This document shows positions 30,101 to 44,999 of a stretch of 64,000 nucleotides of DNA, in pieces (the stretch's first letter is position 1; each line of letters starts with the position of its first letter). The translations under genes and the position numbers were made by a program. The stretch is from the human T2T-CHM13v2.0 reference genome, Homo sapiens: assembly GCF_009914755.1 (NCBI RefSeq), contig NC_060926.1; one strand, 5' to 3'. Under the pieces are notes generated by a model. It was not told the origin of the DNA and made no database searches. It saw only the letters and a list, made by a program, of their open reading frames with translations.

Positions 30101-30591
30101 GTTGGATTATTTGAGGAATTAATTTTCTTTTTAATAGGATGTGACATAAATACCTCCATTTGTTTCCTCCAGGGATCCCAGGACCTTACTCCTTTCTATT
30201 ATAATGATAGAAATGCCACCATTGTAATACTAGCATTTACTAATGTTTGTATCTGTTTTCAGGAATGTGTTTTATCTCTTTATCTAATTGGTGTTTTGAA
30301 ACCAGCATCCTACTGCTTTAACCATTGTAGTTTTATGGTACATTTTATAACTGACAGTGTAAGTTCCCTCCCCAATACTCTTTCCAAATTCTTATTTATT
30401 CTTGCTGATTCTTCTTAGTTTTGCCAGATGATCATGAGAACAACCAATTCAAAACAGTTATGTTTTAACTGGAATTGTGTAGAGCTATAAATTAGTTTGG
30501 AAATGTTTTTGCATTTTTTTTTACAATGATGAATCTTTCAACTCAAGAGAAATATGTCTCTCCATTTATTCAAGTCCTGTTTTGCAGCTCA

Positions 30592-30945
<354 letters not shown>

Positions 30946-31656
30946 TCATTTCCATGTATTTCTTATTACAGTTATTCTTAGGTTTTTTATATTTCACATA
31001 TTACATATAAGTTATTTCCAACTGAGATTGAGCTTTAAGTGATATTTTCCCAATGAGTCCCACCTGATTTCTCTTTGTGCTTTGCAACTGACGATCTGGA
31101 TGCATGTTAGATTAATTATTTTCAAATGGGAATTACCTTTTTTTTAAAAAAAAATAACTCCTTATTTTGCTGTTTATGGGCTTAATAAAGATAAAATAGT
31201 GTATTCTAAAATGTTCACATCATGTCATTTGCCCCATTCCTCTTACTCCCTATGACCTTTATCAAAATAACTGAGAACTTGTCGTTTGTATTTATACAAA
31301 AATTGCTTAGCAGTCGAACATTTTATTAATCATTTGCGCAGAAAAATACATCGAAAATCAGTTTAACACTGTTCAAAAAATTACAAGTCATTTAAAATCA
31401 ATTTTTGGGGAAAAAAAGAACTTGTTTCTTTTTCAAATATGCAGATGAATGTTCTGTATTGTGTCTAGCAAGCAAACAACTCATTCCTTTTAAAAAAGTG
31501 TAGTATAAGCGTTGAAAGGTTAAACTGAAAGAAAATCACTAGGCCATGAATTATAGAAAAGTATAATAGATATAAAAATAATTCAAAACTATGTATTTAC
31601 CCCATTCTTTATTATCTGTACATTTTATAGTCTTAGTTTATATAAATGGCAAAACT

Positions 31657-32273
31657 GGCTGAGAACAGTGGCTCATGCCTGTAATCCCAGCACTTTGGGA
31701 GGCTTAGATGTAAGGATCGCTTCAGCCCAGGAGTTTGAGACTAGCCTGGCCAACATAGCAACACTCAATCTCTATGAAATTTTGTTTTAAAGTTAGCTGG
31801 TTGTGGCCGGGTGTGGTGGCTCACGCCTGTAATCCCAGCACTTCGGGAGGCTGAGGCGGGAGGATCACGAGGTCACCAGTTCGATACCACCCTGGCCAAA
31901 ATGGTGAAACCCCATCTCTACTAAAAATACAAAAATTAGGCGGGCGTGGTTTCACACGCCTGTAATCCCAGCTACTCGGGAGGCTGAGGTAGGTGAATAG
32001 CTTGAACATGGGAGGCGGAGGTTGCAGTGAGCCACGGCACTACAGCCTGGGACAAAGCGAGACTCCGTCTCAAAATAAATAAATAAATAAATAAATAATA
32101 AATAAAGTTAGCTGGTTGCTGTGGGGTGTGCTTGTAATCCCAGCTACTTGGGAGGCTGAGGTGGGAGGATCACTTGAGCCCAGGAGTTTGGGGCTGCGGT
32201 GAGCCATGATCATGCCATCGTACTCCTGCCTGGGCAACAGAGTGAGACCCTGTGTCTAAAATAAATAAATAAG
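31657..32273 (+). mobile_element. AluJ split by a nested younger Alu
   Basis: Left arm 31657-31803, right arm 32103-32273; TSD taaatggcaaaact at 31643-31656 / 32274-32287. Confidence 0.92.
31805..32102 (+). mobile_element. Alu (AluSc-like) nested in AluJ
   Basis: TSD taaagttagctggttg at 31788-31803 / 32103-32118; (AAAT)n tail. Confidence 0.93.
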
Positions 32274-32915
32274 TAAATGGCAAAACTATGTCACACGAGT
32301 CAGAAATTATATCCAACACTTGGGCCTTACAAATTTCTTTTCCCGTTTATCTGTGAAATTTCTGGACATAACAAATGTTCTTTTTATTTCATGTCATTGC
32401 TGTTGCTTTTCATGTTCAAGTACTACAGTATTCTAAACACTGGTACCAGACACTCATATCAGATACTGCCCTGGAGAAGGTCAAGGGCTCTGAAATATAC
32501 ATTATCCTCATTAATCACTGTAAATAGAGAGTTTCAGGATGAAATTATTTAGAATATGTTATAATATGAATAACCAAAGACGACCACTTGCGTATTGTGG
32601 TTTGTAAAAACTGCCCGTGACACCTTCTTAGTGAAGATTCTGTTCCCCAAATAAGGATTATCTTTGAATAAAGTGATGTCATATTAGCTGGTGTGGAGAT
32701 TCAATAATCCTGTGATGTTTCTTGAGAGAAGAGGGTCAGTTGGAGCTTCTGAAACCCATATTTTTGGTTGCTGTTCCACATCACAAAAATAAAATCCATC
32801 TCTTCCTTTATTTGTGTCATGTATACCTGCTTTTCTTGATGATGTGAATGATTAATACAAACTGTCACATTGATAGCTGATTTTAGAACGCTCATTTAAA
32901 AATATCTTAATTTCT

Positions 32916-33030
32916 GGGGTGGGATGCTGGGGGCGGAGTAGGGGCGGGGAGCAGCGCAGCCTCAGCGAAGGCGCAAGAGCAATGTGTGGAGTCAACGACA
33001 CTTATCTTTGAGAACTTGCGGGTAGGGCGC
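32916..33030. promoter_or_regulatory. Small GC/CpG-rich patch with two GC boxes and a G-quadruplex motif
   Basis: GGGGCGGAG at 32930-32938, GGGGCGGGG at 32941-32949, five runs of 3 or more G, several CpGs in otherwise CpG-poor unique DNA. Confidence 0.45.
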
Positions 33031-36000
33031 TTTAAATTAAATATTAACATCTTAAAAATGAGGTCTGGGCTGGTTATCACTGCACAGAGGAGACCTAAAT
33101 CGGGCTGTAGTGCTGAGGTCCCTGGCTCCACTGCACTGAGACAGAGTGCAAACTGATCTGCCTGTGGAGGGGGGTGGGGGTTGCAACTTCATTTTCCTCT
33201 GACATATTTTGTTGCCTGATTAATAGGCTGACACTAATTTAGGTCTCAGAAGACTAGGATGTTCTGTAACAGGATAGAGAAGGAAGCGGGGGAGGAGAAA
33301 AGGGGGAATAACAGAATGTGGGATGTCTTGGAATTTGGGCCTAGGGAAACCCAGGGCATATTTTAAAGACCTTACCCGCTAGCAAATTGAGAATGAAAAA
33401 GCCAGTGCCTTAAACAATTAATTTTGCTAATCATGCAATCTAAATTGTCACACTTAAGTATCTCAGTGTTGACCTGTTTAGACAATATGCCTTAATCCAC
33501 AGGGGAGTAGTTTCAGTACATCATGTTTAAGTTAGCTAATTAATATCAAAAGCAGGGTGGAATTGACTAACAGGTAATTTAATCAAAAGATAATTAAAAC
33601 TATTGAAAGTTACAAATTATTATTTAATTAATACTAGTTAATATTATAATTTTCAAAGTTTGAATTATGCTGATTAAAGCGTTCTCTCATAAATACCACT
33701 GAAAATTAATTACAAATTAATATAATCTGCTGAAACATCCTCTTAATGGACTTCCAGCTATTCTTGACTTTTGCAATAAATAAACATTAGACCCCATACT
33801 GCATCCCATCTTCCTGAATATGTTAGGCATTCTGAAAATATTGAGGCCTTCAACTCCCTGGGTTTCTAAAGGAATGCACATATACATTAGCACCTTTAAT
33901 AGCAGAGAGGTTGATGCTTTTGCTGGGGTAGAGGCTGAAGGGCAGTAGAGGTGGGCAAACACTGAGGGGGAGCTCCACTAGCCAGTGCCTTTTTGGCTCC
34001 TCAGCGTGGCCTCGTTGCCTGTTTTAGAGAAGCTTCCAGAAGATAGTTGGGTGGGACATTAGAGGAGACAGTGGAATGTTGCTCTTGGCCCTTTGCTTCT
34101 TCCTGCACTTTGCTATAATCTCTGTCTGTGGGTGAATTCATTAGGAATCATGTGCAAGGATTCAGGTGAGTATGTTTGGGGAGCCTGAGAAAATCAGACC
34201 TTGTGAAGGAAACCTAACAGCCTGTGATAGAGCTGTGTTATATTATATATATTTGCAGAGAATATAGAGAAATAAAGGAGAAGTCAGGGGTAGGGTTTTA
34301 GGGAATAGATGTTTTCTCCTCTCTCATTTACCATAGAAAACCAAGCTAACAACACATCCATAGGAAATGTTCTTTGTATTATATTAGGGAATAGGCAGTA
34401 TTTCCATACTAAAGTGGGCGAATACCCTCTAGAGCCTTAGAACACTGTAGAGATAACTCTTTAATGTTGCTTCTCCCAGTATTTAATTTTTGACTGTAAA
34501 GGGACCTAGAAAGAAGAAATGGAAGCCAGAAAGCTGAGCCAAAGGGAACTCTCTTTGGTCATTGAGGATTTGTGCTATTAACCTTTCCTAATAAACCGAG
34601 CATGTTGAGCCTCCCCCTCCTCCTGCCCCCAGTGTATAGCATCTAGCACTTTTGGAGTTGCCCTGTAAATATAAAATGACCTTGCTGCCTGTATTTATGA
34701 GGCAGTTAGATGCTGAATGGGATGTCATATAACCTAATACTCCATATAGAAGCTTCTGCTGAAATGTATATGCAGTAAAGACAGATTTACAACTGCCTTG
34801 AGTTTCCCTTTGAATTTCCAAGATTTATCTGAGCTTAAGGTCTCAACATTAGTTTCATGCTGCCAGAGCATTTTTCAGAATTCACGCTAGAACAGAATTT
34901 TGGGACTAGTGCTGAATTTCCTTTGATGAACATATGCTTTTGGTCTCTCATTTTCTCCAGAGGCTTTGACTGAAATTGAGGGTTATGGTCTTCATTTTGT
35001 TTTAGTCATTTACCATGGGCCACTATCAAAAATGCTTTTTCTTAATTGGAGCATTTTGGGAAAACTAATGAAGGAAAAATCTTGTCCCTTAAAAATTGAA
35101 TCACAGCTGTAGTAGTAGATAAGACTGACATATTCAGTTCTTAGAAAGAGACAATCAATGTTGAATGCATCGGGTGAGTTCATTTCTGGAGCTTGGCTTT
35201 AATAGCTTATAAAGAAGATTGATTAAGTTCTTGTCTGATAGATCAATAGTGGAATGAAACTGAGCTTCCCTCCTTCCCCTCATAAGTGTGGATTCCCTAT
35301 CTGCCTGGAGGCACAGAAAAGGCAAACATTTGTGCCTTGCTTTTCTTCAACGTGTTATTAACAGCAGCTATTATAATAGGGACAATATTTATAAGTTACC
35401 TAGATTGATTTATTATATATTAAACATTTGAGAAAGTTTATTAATTCATCTAACAAATAAGTCTATTTCTTTATGTTGCTGTGAATAATTCTGGCCTAGA
35501 TAAGGATAAAAGTGATGACATTGAAAACACAGAGAAACGTCATGGATTTAAATCTTGAGATTCCGAATCTGCTCTTTATTCTAATCTGTGTAGCAAAAAT
35601 TAGTTTATGAGTGTATAAAATTTTGGTTTTATATGTTTGTGTTAGATTTTAATGTGGAATAGTTTTTTATTAAATTAAATAATTTATTTTGTTATGTTAA
35701 TAAAAATGCATATACATAATTTATGTGTTTACTCTTTAATTCATTTAATTTAATTCAATTTACATAATTTATACGCTTCTATTCAGGTTTTTTCGTTATT
35801 TTCTTTCTTTTTTCTTTAGCCTCATGGAATAAATCATGGCTGTTGAAATGAAACTGTGAAGCATGATGATTAGTTAGATAATTATTAAAAGTTTTCCATA
35901 ATGATTAACTTGCATTTATTTGTAAAATATTTTTTAAATGCACTATCTCTAATTGCTTTTATAAACTGGGTAGGCCTTTCCTACTTATTAAGCTACTCCC

Positions 36001-37484
36001 CTACCATTTACATGTAACTAAATTCTCCTCTGATTTCCATGTGCTCCAAGAATAAAGACCAAAAGCCTTTCCCAGTCCCGTATGGCTTTGTGTAATCCAA
36101 ACCTTACTTATTACTTCAGCCTCCAGTTACACCACTCCCTGACTCACACTGCCTTTTGTTTTCCTGCTATGTAGCCATTGAGACATTTTCCCCCCTTCTG
36201 CGGTGAACTCTTTCTCTCTGTAATCCTTCCCCCTTTTACCTGGTCACCTCTTACTTGACCTTAGTCAGCAGTTCATTCTTCACTTCCCCTGGGAAGCCTT
36301 TGATTCCTCAAAGGCACATAATGCTCTTCGATGGTCTCACATGACATCTTGAACCACAGTTTGTAGAATGCCTTTCTTGGTTTAATTAGTTGATCAATGT
36401 CTATGAGGACAGGGGCTAAGTCTATTTTTTGCTCATCTGTGCAATACAATAATAAGCAGGTAATAATAGTGTTCCTGGCACCTAGTAGATACTCAAAAAG
36501 TATTTATTTAATAATGAATTAGTGTCGACTATGGTACCACCTCGAACTATCCTTTTGCTTTAATCAGGCCTTCTCCCCGCTTTTAAAGAACAGGAAGAAC
36601 TGCAGAATGCAAGGAGACCATTTCATAAAATGTATACACCAACTAACATTGCCTCTGATGGTTGAGAAACTGAATGAATCTATTCCTCCTTAAAGGAAAA
36701 AGAATCACATGATTTAATAAAGACTACTACTGAAGATTAATGTGTAAGTTCCTTCTTCTCTTAGAGAAAATTGGGAAGGTTTATGTGTGTGGTGGGGATG
36801 AGAGAGTGGCAATATACTGACAGAAGTGTTTGTGTTTGCATACTCACAGTAGAGGACCAGGAGAAGGAATGATAGTATTGTAAGAGTAAATACAGTGTTT
36901 TCCTCTGTGGCTTTACTGAAGCAAAGATCTATTGCCAACATCAAGGTGAGATTAAAATACTTTTTGTACAGCATCAGAAATAATTGTTTTTAGGGAGAAT
37001 AATAGGCCATGGAGAGTAAAAGGGTGTTTCAGAGAAGCATATCTCTTCACACCTAAAAACACTCTTTTGGATACAAAGGGAAGAGCAGAAAGGAATTTAT
37101 GAAATGAACAGATACAACATACATAATTGGGCAATATTGCAACCACAGATTATTCTGAGGTTAAAAATGGTATATTAAGAATACAAGAAGTTTTTCAAGT
37201 AAGAGAAATTGTTCTTTTTCTACCTTCTTTGCTTCATCTCTTTTCACTTTTTCTTCTTCACTTCTTCACATCTCTCATTCACTTTTTCTTCTTCTTGAAT
37301 TTCAAAACAAAATTTATTACAGTACTTTCTAGGCATAGTGTTTCTTAACTTTCAGAAGTTGTGATGAGACCAAGTGGACCAAGGTGAACATTCAGTGCCT
37401 GCTTTGTCTCCAGCTCTTCCTTGCTTTTTTGTTTTTAAATGGCCAGGGCAGCCTTCTTGACCAAATTTATAAAATAGTAATAAT

Positions 37485-37828
<344 letters not shown>

Positions 37829-38237
37829 TTAAAACAGAAATACTTTAAAGTTTCAGAAATATTATTTACAATAGAAGTTATTATAGAGATCGTTTAAAAT
37901 TACATTAAACTTATTATTACATACATTAACATTACTATTACATATTAGCCGAAGTTGAAAGCACAGAGAGGTGTGTTTTATTTTACAACGAAGGCCTTTG
38001 TATGCTGCAATAACAGCAAGCATGTAATTTTTAATTAAACAGTCTTACTGATTTTTTAATAGTAGCATATGTATGGTAATATGAGAGGGAAAACTTTGGG
38101 ATTTAGCCCTTTTCATAGTCTCAATGGCTTGATAGCTACAGTAGTGTTTGCATTTACTTTGAACTTTGTCTTATCAAATAATTTTTTAGACGAAAGCCAT
38201 TATTCTGATCTGGCACCACATAAAGTTTATATTACTA

Positions 38238-38644
<407 letters not shown>

Positions 38645-38895
38645 TTAGAAAATATGGACAGAAAAGGAATATGAGGAAGAGTATTTGGCAATTTTGTAGT
38701 TGCTTTTATTTCTGTTTCACTTGAGCAGTTTATTGTCATGTTTTAATGAACATGAATTAAAATATGAAGAGTGATTATGGATCTATTTTAGGGTTAGTAT
38801 TTTGCGATCACAGACTTATATTTTCTTTGCTGCAAAAGCTTTATTTGATAAAGATATAAACTGACTCCTTTGACAACTGGTAAAGTATTCTGCAT

Positions 38896-39638
38896 GAATG
38901 TTTCTCAACCTTATTTGAGCAGTAATCTCTTTTCATTATAAACATTTTATAACTCCACTTACTATCCTGAGATTAAATTCATATTTAACATAACTTGCTA
39001 CACACATAAATATTTTAAAAACTTAATGTAATTCACCAAATTGTTATGAAAGATAAGAAAAGGGAATGTGATTTATAATAAAATAATCCGTAGCTCAGGA
39101 TGTAAATGCATGGTGGGACTGGATCAGAAGATGGAACAAAGTTGGCAGGGCTTGCCTGTGTATGATTGCTATGACTGTGACCATCGCTGGTAGAGCTGTG
39201 ATGTATTGGCTACCAGGTGAAGTGAATTACCAAATGACTAATAATTCTTGGTACATTTATAAAAAACAGGATATAATCTTCCCTTAGTTAGAAGGTAGTT
39301 GTAGTTCCAGAAAATTCTGTTTATGTTAAACTTTTGGCAAAATGCGTTGTTTTTACTTTTAAAAAATGCTTTGTGTTTATATGTAAAATGGGTTATTTTG
39401 CATAATAATTATTAATGGATTTTTCCACTATAGGAGTGTTTTTCAAGATAACAGAAAATTATTCAGGATATGGGTCAGTTTTTGTTGTATGTGGGATTGA
39501 TTTCCTTATTCTAAGACACCTAGCATCCCTGGCCTCTGCCTGCTAAATGCCAAAAAGACCCCCTCCATCATTGTAACAACCGAAAAGGTTCCCACATTTT
39601 CCAAAAAGACCCCTGGTGTTTTCCACTGAGAACCACAT
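38896..39638. mobile_element. hAT-Charlie-type DNA transposon fossil (MER20-like ends)
   Basis: Imperfect TIRs (tgtttctcaacc ... ctgagaaccac) and MER20-like cctagcatccctggcctct...ttgtaacaacc. Confidence 0.5.
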
Positions 39639-40047
39639 AATTACCAATGAATACTGCTGTATCCTAGATAAAGGAGATAGTGGCTCCTACTCCAAGCTAA
39701 GTATTATTAAATCTTTCATATTTATGTTCAATAACAATAAGTAAATAGGCTAAAATCATGTAAATATACAATATGATTTTTATCCAAAGATTAATTTTCA
39801 ACTTGAAGATACCTGAAATTATAACAGATCCTCTAATGATGAGCATGCAACCATTTCTAGATTAAGAATTTTTAGAAGAAAAATGATTTTGGGATTTTGA
39901 GAATATTGGCCATAAAAATCCCCCAAAATTTTGCTAAAAAATGATCATGACCTCAACTAAAAGGCGTGCCTTAACAGTGAACTGAGGTCAAAAGGGGAGT
40001 GAGACAAAATGTGCATGGCATATGCGTTAGGGAAAAACCAGTTGTAG

Positions 40048-40468
40048 TGTGGTGTGAGTTAGGTTCCTTGGGATACAAACTCGGAGACAGCGTTTTGTGT
40101 GCAGGATGTTTATAAGGGACCCCTGGGGATCAACACCTGTGCAATCAAGACTGGACAGAAGGAGAAGTCAAGCTGTGATACAGTCTTAATACCTACTTTC
40201 AATGACCTCATGGGAGCTCCAAAACTAGGATAGCCTCTCAGAGTTGGACCAGGGTGTCCAGATATTTATAGTTTCAAAGTGGTCAGTCGTTGTATACAGG
40301 CTGATCCAAGAAGGAGTATGAATTTGAGCAAGTCCCCTCTTTGGAACTGCGCTGATCCCTGAAAGCCCTGACAGCGGAAGCCTGTCTGCTGACAGCACGC
40401 CCAGCAGAGAGGACAACAGGTCTTTTATTGAAGGGAGACGTGCATGGCACATCACAGTATTTACCACA
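40048..40468 (-). mobile_element. ERVL LTR (LTR33/LTR16-like)
   Basis: gggatcaacacctgtg and ctgctgacagcacgcccagcag...cacagtatttaccaca match the recalled LTR33 consensus. Confidence 0.7.
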
Positions 40469-41591
40469 TAGATCTGGGCATCTGTTCAACTGGAATCCAA
40501 AAATTCAGGTTGGCAAGGATACCTGTGGGATCTGCTCTTTGGATGGGAAGCTGTGGCAGCAAGAACCTCTGGCATGGGTCATATTAATGGCAATATTTGC
40601 AATTATCATTATTCCAGACAGATCTAGCTATACTGAAAAAGAGAATGTGAGTATAGAAGACGAGTCCAGGCACCAGGAGCATAATAGCGGTCAGAGAACC
40701 AAGTCCAGGACCCCAGGCAGATTAGCTAGAGTTCAGGCAGGGTGTCAGCGCCAGTGGGGAAGAAAGAAACCAAGGAGCTGGAATACCGTCTGTAAGTTGA
40801 GACAGAAGGATAGCCATATGGCCTGGAAAAAGATGACAAGTTTGAGGAAATAGTTTGCATGTCAGAGGGAACACTCGAGGGACCCTGGCCAGAGGGAGGG
40901 ATATATCCAGACACCCCATGTCTGAGTCAGGATAGGCTCAAAGGTTGCCCAGCACTGGACATCTTCAAAGATTTTTATTACTGTTTATTGCGTCAGGTGA
41001 AATCAACAACAGCTAAGAAAAAGGAGAAACACATTACAATGTAACTAGTATAAACAGTGGAAAATCACTGTGGTTTGAAGAAACAAGTTTTGGTTGAAGT
41101 AATAGTCCTAGCAAACTTCCTGCCTGGACTGTTTTTAGAGGATTTGGAAAAGCCAAGTAGCTGTCATCTCAAACTAAAGAAATCTGAGGTCTGTGTCTCC
41201 TAAAGAGAGGTGACTGTGGAACAGTAACACAGAATATCAGATTTCAATCTTCATGTTTCTCCTTTTGATGGGCACACAATCCAAATTCGAGATTTTAAGG
41301 TCCTGCACAATTTCGTTTCACCCACGTGTCCTTCCTTATTCCCCGGCCCCTTTCATGAGACGTGCTCCCTTCCTCCTCCAGTGCCTTAATGCAGCTTCTC
41401 CAGCTTCCGCAGCTCTTTACTCCAATCCCAGCCATCTGGGCTCACTTCAGATCACACCTTCCCTATGGAGATGACAAAATCTGCTCTACTGTAATGATGC
41501 TGGCAAAGCTTAATTGTTCTTCACTTATTTCATGGCTGTTTGTTTTATCTTCCCAGCTAAATAAATTGCAGTTCTTTTGAAAGAAAGGATC

Positions 41592-41895
41592 GGCTGGGTA
41601 TGGTGGCTCATGCCTGTAATCCCAGCACTTTGGGAGGCCAGAGCAGGCAAGTAACTTGAGCCCAGGAGTTTGAGACCAGCCTGGGTTGCATGGTGAAACC
41701 CCATCTCTACAAAAAATACAAAAATTAGCCAGACATGGTGGCGTGTACAAGTAGTTTCAGCTACTTGGAGGCTGAGGTGGGAGGATCACTTGAGCCTGGG
41801 AGGCAGAGGCTGCAGTGAGCCGAGATGTGCAACTGCACTCCAGCCTGGGTGACAGAGTGAGATCCTGTCTCAAAAAAAAAAAAAAAAAAAAAAAA
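41592..41895 (+). mobile_element. AluJ
   Basis: cttgagcccaggagtttgag and ggatcacttgagcctggg are J diagnostics; long A tail. Confidence 0.93.
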
Positions 41896-42622
41896 GATCA
41901 TGTCAAAAGTTTCCTTGTTTCCTTTATATCTTTCACAGTGCTCAGAAAAGAGCTGGTCACCAGGTGGCTGCTAGGTAAACAGAAATCGATTGATTGACTC
42001 AGCCTGAGTTTATGTATTCAAATTCACATTTCCTGAATTAGCAGACATGGTCTTGTTTTTAAAATTGACTTTATAAGATCTCGTGTTTTCTTATATCTGA
42101 TGGTGATGAAAATGTCTCACCTCAAACTTGTGAAAATATGAATTCCAATGAAGATAATTTTTTTCTTCCTCTTTTAGTGAGTATGTTTCATACTGTAGTC
42201 AAAATTTTAGATCTCTCTGAGAATTAACTTCTGTTTTATTACAGTGTGGCAATGCCATCTATTCATTGTCCTGAGAGATGCCTGCCCTGTCATCTCTCCT
42301 ATGATCAGGACCCAAACTGTACTAAGTAGTAGCTATAGGGCAACATTAATTATTCTAGGGAATGTGTTTCTTTGGTAGAATCTGAAGTTCAGGATTAAGA
42401 GGACATCTTTCACTTGTAACATCTTGTTCCATTTGTGTTATTTAATTAGAGATAACTTCATACTATTAAGAGCTACTACTCTTGGATCAGATGCTGTTTT
42501 TTAAAGCTCAGTCCCATAAACCTCTATAGTCCACAAATATCATTTCCTTTTTGTGATACCTCTACAATATGAAGATTATATTTAACTCTCCTGGTTAATT
42601 CATTAATCTTATGCTTTATTCT

Positions 42623-43056
42623 TGACTTTATTCAAGGGGGGTAGGCATCGTGATAGGTATAGAGACCACTGTAATGGGGTCTTGCAGTGGATGAGAGACA
42701 CTGAACTCAACTCCAAATATAACATGGGCAAGTGGGGATTGTAGACAAGGAGCAGGGTGAGCAGGGTGAGCAGGGTGGGGATCAGTGGATGGAAAATTAC
42801 TAAGCAGAGACATTAGGGGTGAGAGATTCTTACGAGAGCAGCTCAACAGAATTGTTGCTGAAGGCAGGCCAGGGTGATAAGATATCCAGGGTGGTTAGAC
42901 ACTAAGGGTAAGGAGGTTTCCCTACACTGACTTAGCAGGATTCTTGCTCAAACTGGCTTGTACAAGGACAGAGAAGAAAGACCAAGGTCAAGCCTAGATG
43001 AGTACACATCTCAGAGGAGCCTGATTAAAGTTAGGTTAAGGAGGGGGTCTTTGTCA
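42623..43056 (-). mobile_element. ERV1 LTR (MER31-like), truncated at one end
   Basis: Ends aaagttaggttaaggagggggtctttgtca; homologous to 24487-24987; internal (gagcagggt)x3 at 42750-42776. Confidence 0.75.
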
Positions 43057-43263
43057 CATGTTATTCTTTACATTTTACATGAGTTACTAATCATGATTGT
43101 GTTATACTTATGTGTTTGTACATATGTAATGTTACATGTAAGTATACATATAATATCTATTACGTCAATGAAATTTTTAAACAATGCTTATTATTTATTA
43201 GGCAAATATTTATGAAATGCCTGTGATGTGTCACTTATATAGGTACTAGAAATACAGAAGAGG

Positions 43264-44080
<817 letters not shown>

Positions 44081-44469
44081 CACTGTGATGAAACAGTTAT
44101 TATGACTATACCCATTCTACACGGTATTGTACAAATTTTATAGGGAGACTGCATGTAGCTCTTCATATTTAAAAAAAGGGAAAAAAATTAAAACACCTTG
44201 AAAAACACTCTCATACTAGAGTCACTGATAATATAATCCTATTGTATTTTTCTAGGGAGAGATGCCCTAATACTTATTCATGCATAACAGAAAGAGAGTT
44301 CCTTTATAATCTCAAGAAAACAAGACCATTTCATTTGGTAGATTTTTAATTGGGGAACTCCTGAAATTCCAGTAATGGAACATGAGCAAGGGTAGTGGAA
44401 AAAGTATTGGATTTGGAGTTATCTATATTTTTGGCTTCTTACTCCATTTTTACTAGCTTTCATTGATGG

Positions 44470-44660
44470 AAAGCTCACTAAGTGCCAGGCATTGTGCTAA
44501 AACCTTTAAGTGCATTACCTAATGTAATTTTGACAACATCCTGTCCATTAGGTACTATTATTTGAAAGGCGTAGATAGATAGATGAAGAAACTGTGGATT
44601 ATAAAATTTAAATAACTTTCTTAAAGTCTTACTGCTGATAAGGGGAGGAACCTTTATTTA
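44470..44660 (-). mobile_element. MIR
   Basis: gtgccaggcattgtgctaa...taggtactattat...agatgaagaaactg. Confidence 0.65.
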
Positions 44661-44999
44661 AGCGTACAAGATGTACAATGGCTTCTGATATCAAATCTCA
44701 CATTCTACCTTCTAAAAAGCAGTTTAAAAAACCAATCCGTAATCACTGTGGCCAAGGGAGGTTTTGAAAAAATAAATAGCGGAAACCTTTCCATGTGTCC
44801 CATTCTGGACTTTTTACACCCAGATGGGACCAGGGGTCTCTTTACTTCAGGACTTTTACTGCCGAGTGCTTAGATTTTTACTTTGTGCTTGCTTAGAGTG
44901 ACACTCTAAATATTAAAAGACGGGTTTTCTTTTTGTTTTTCTCTTCCTCTGTTTTCCTCTCTCTTTTCTCCTCCTCAGATAAGAGAATATCTACATATT

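Noticed and set aside
33545-33589. TCF/LEF sites
   Set aside because: The sequence is ATCAAAAG (four A), not the canonical WTCAAAG.
33960-33976. CTCF site acactgagggggagct
   Set aside because: The 5' half does not fit the CCASYAG core; too weak to call.
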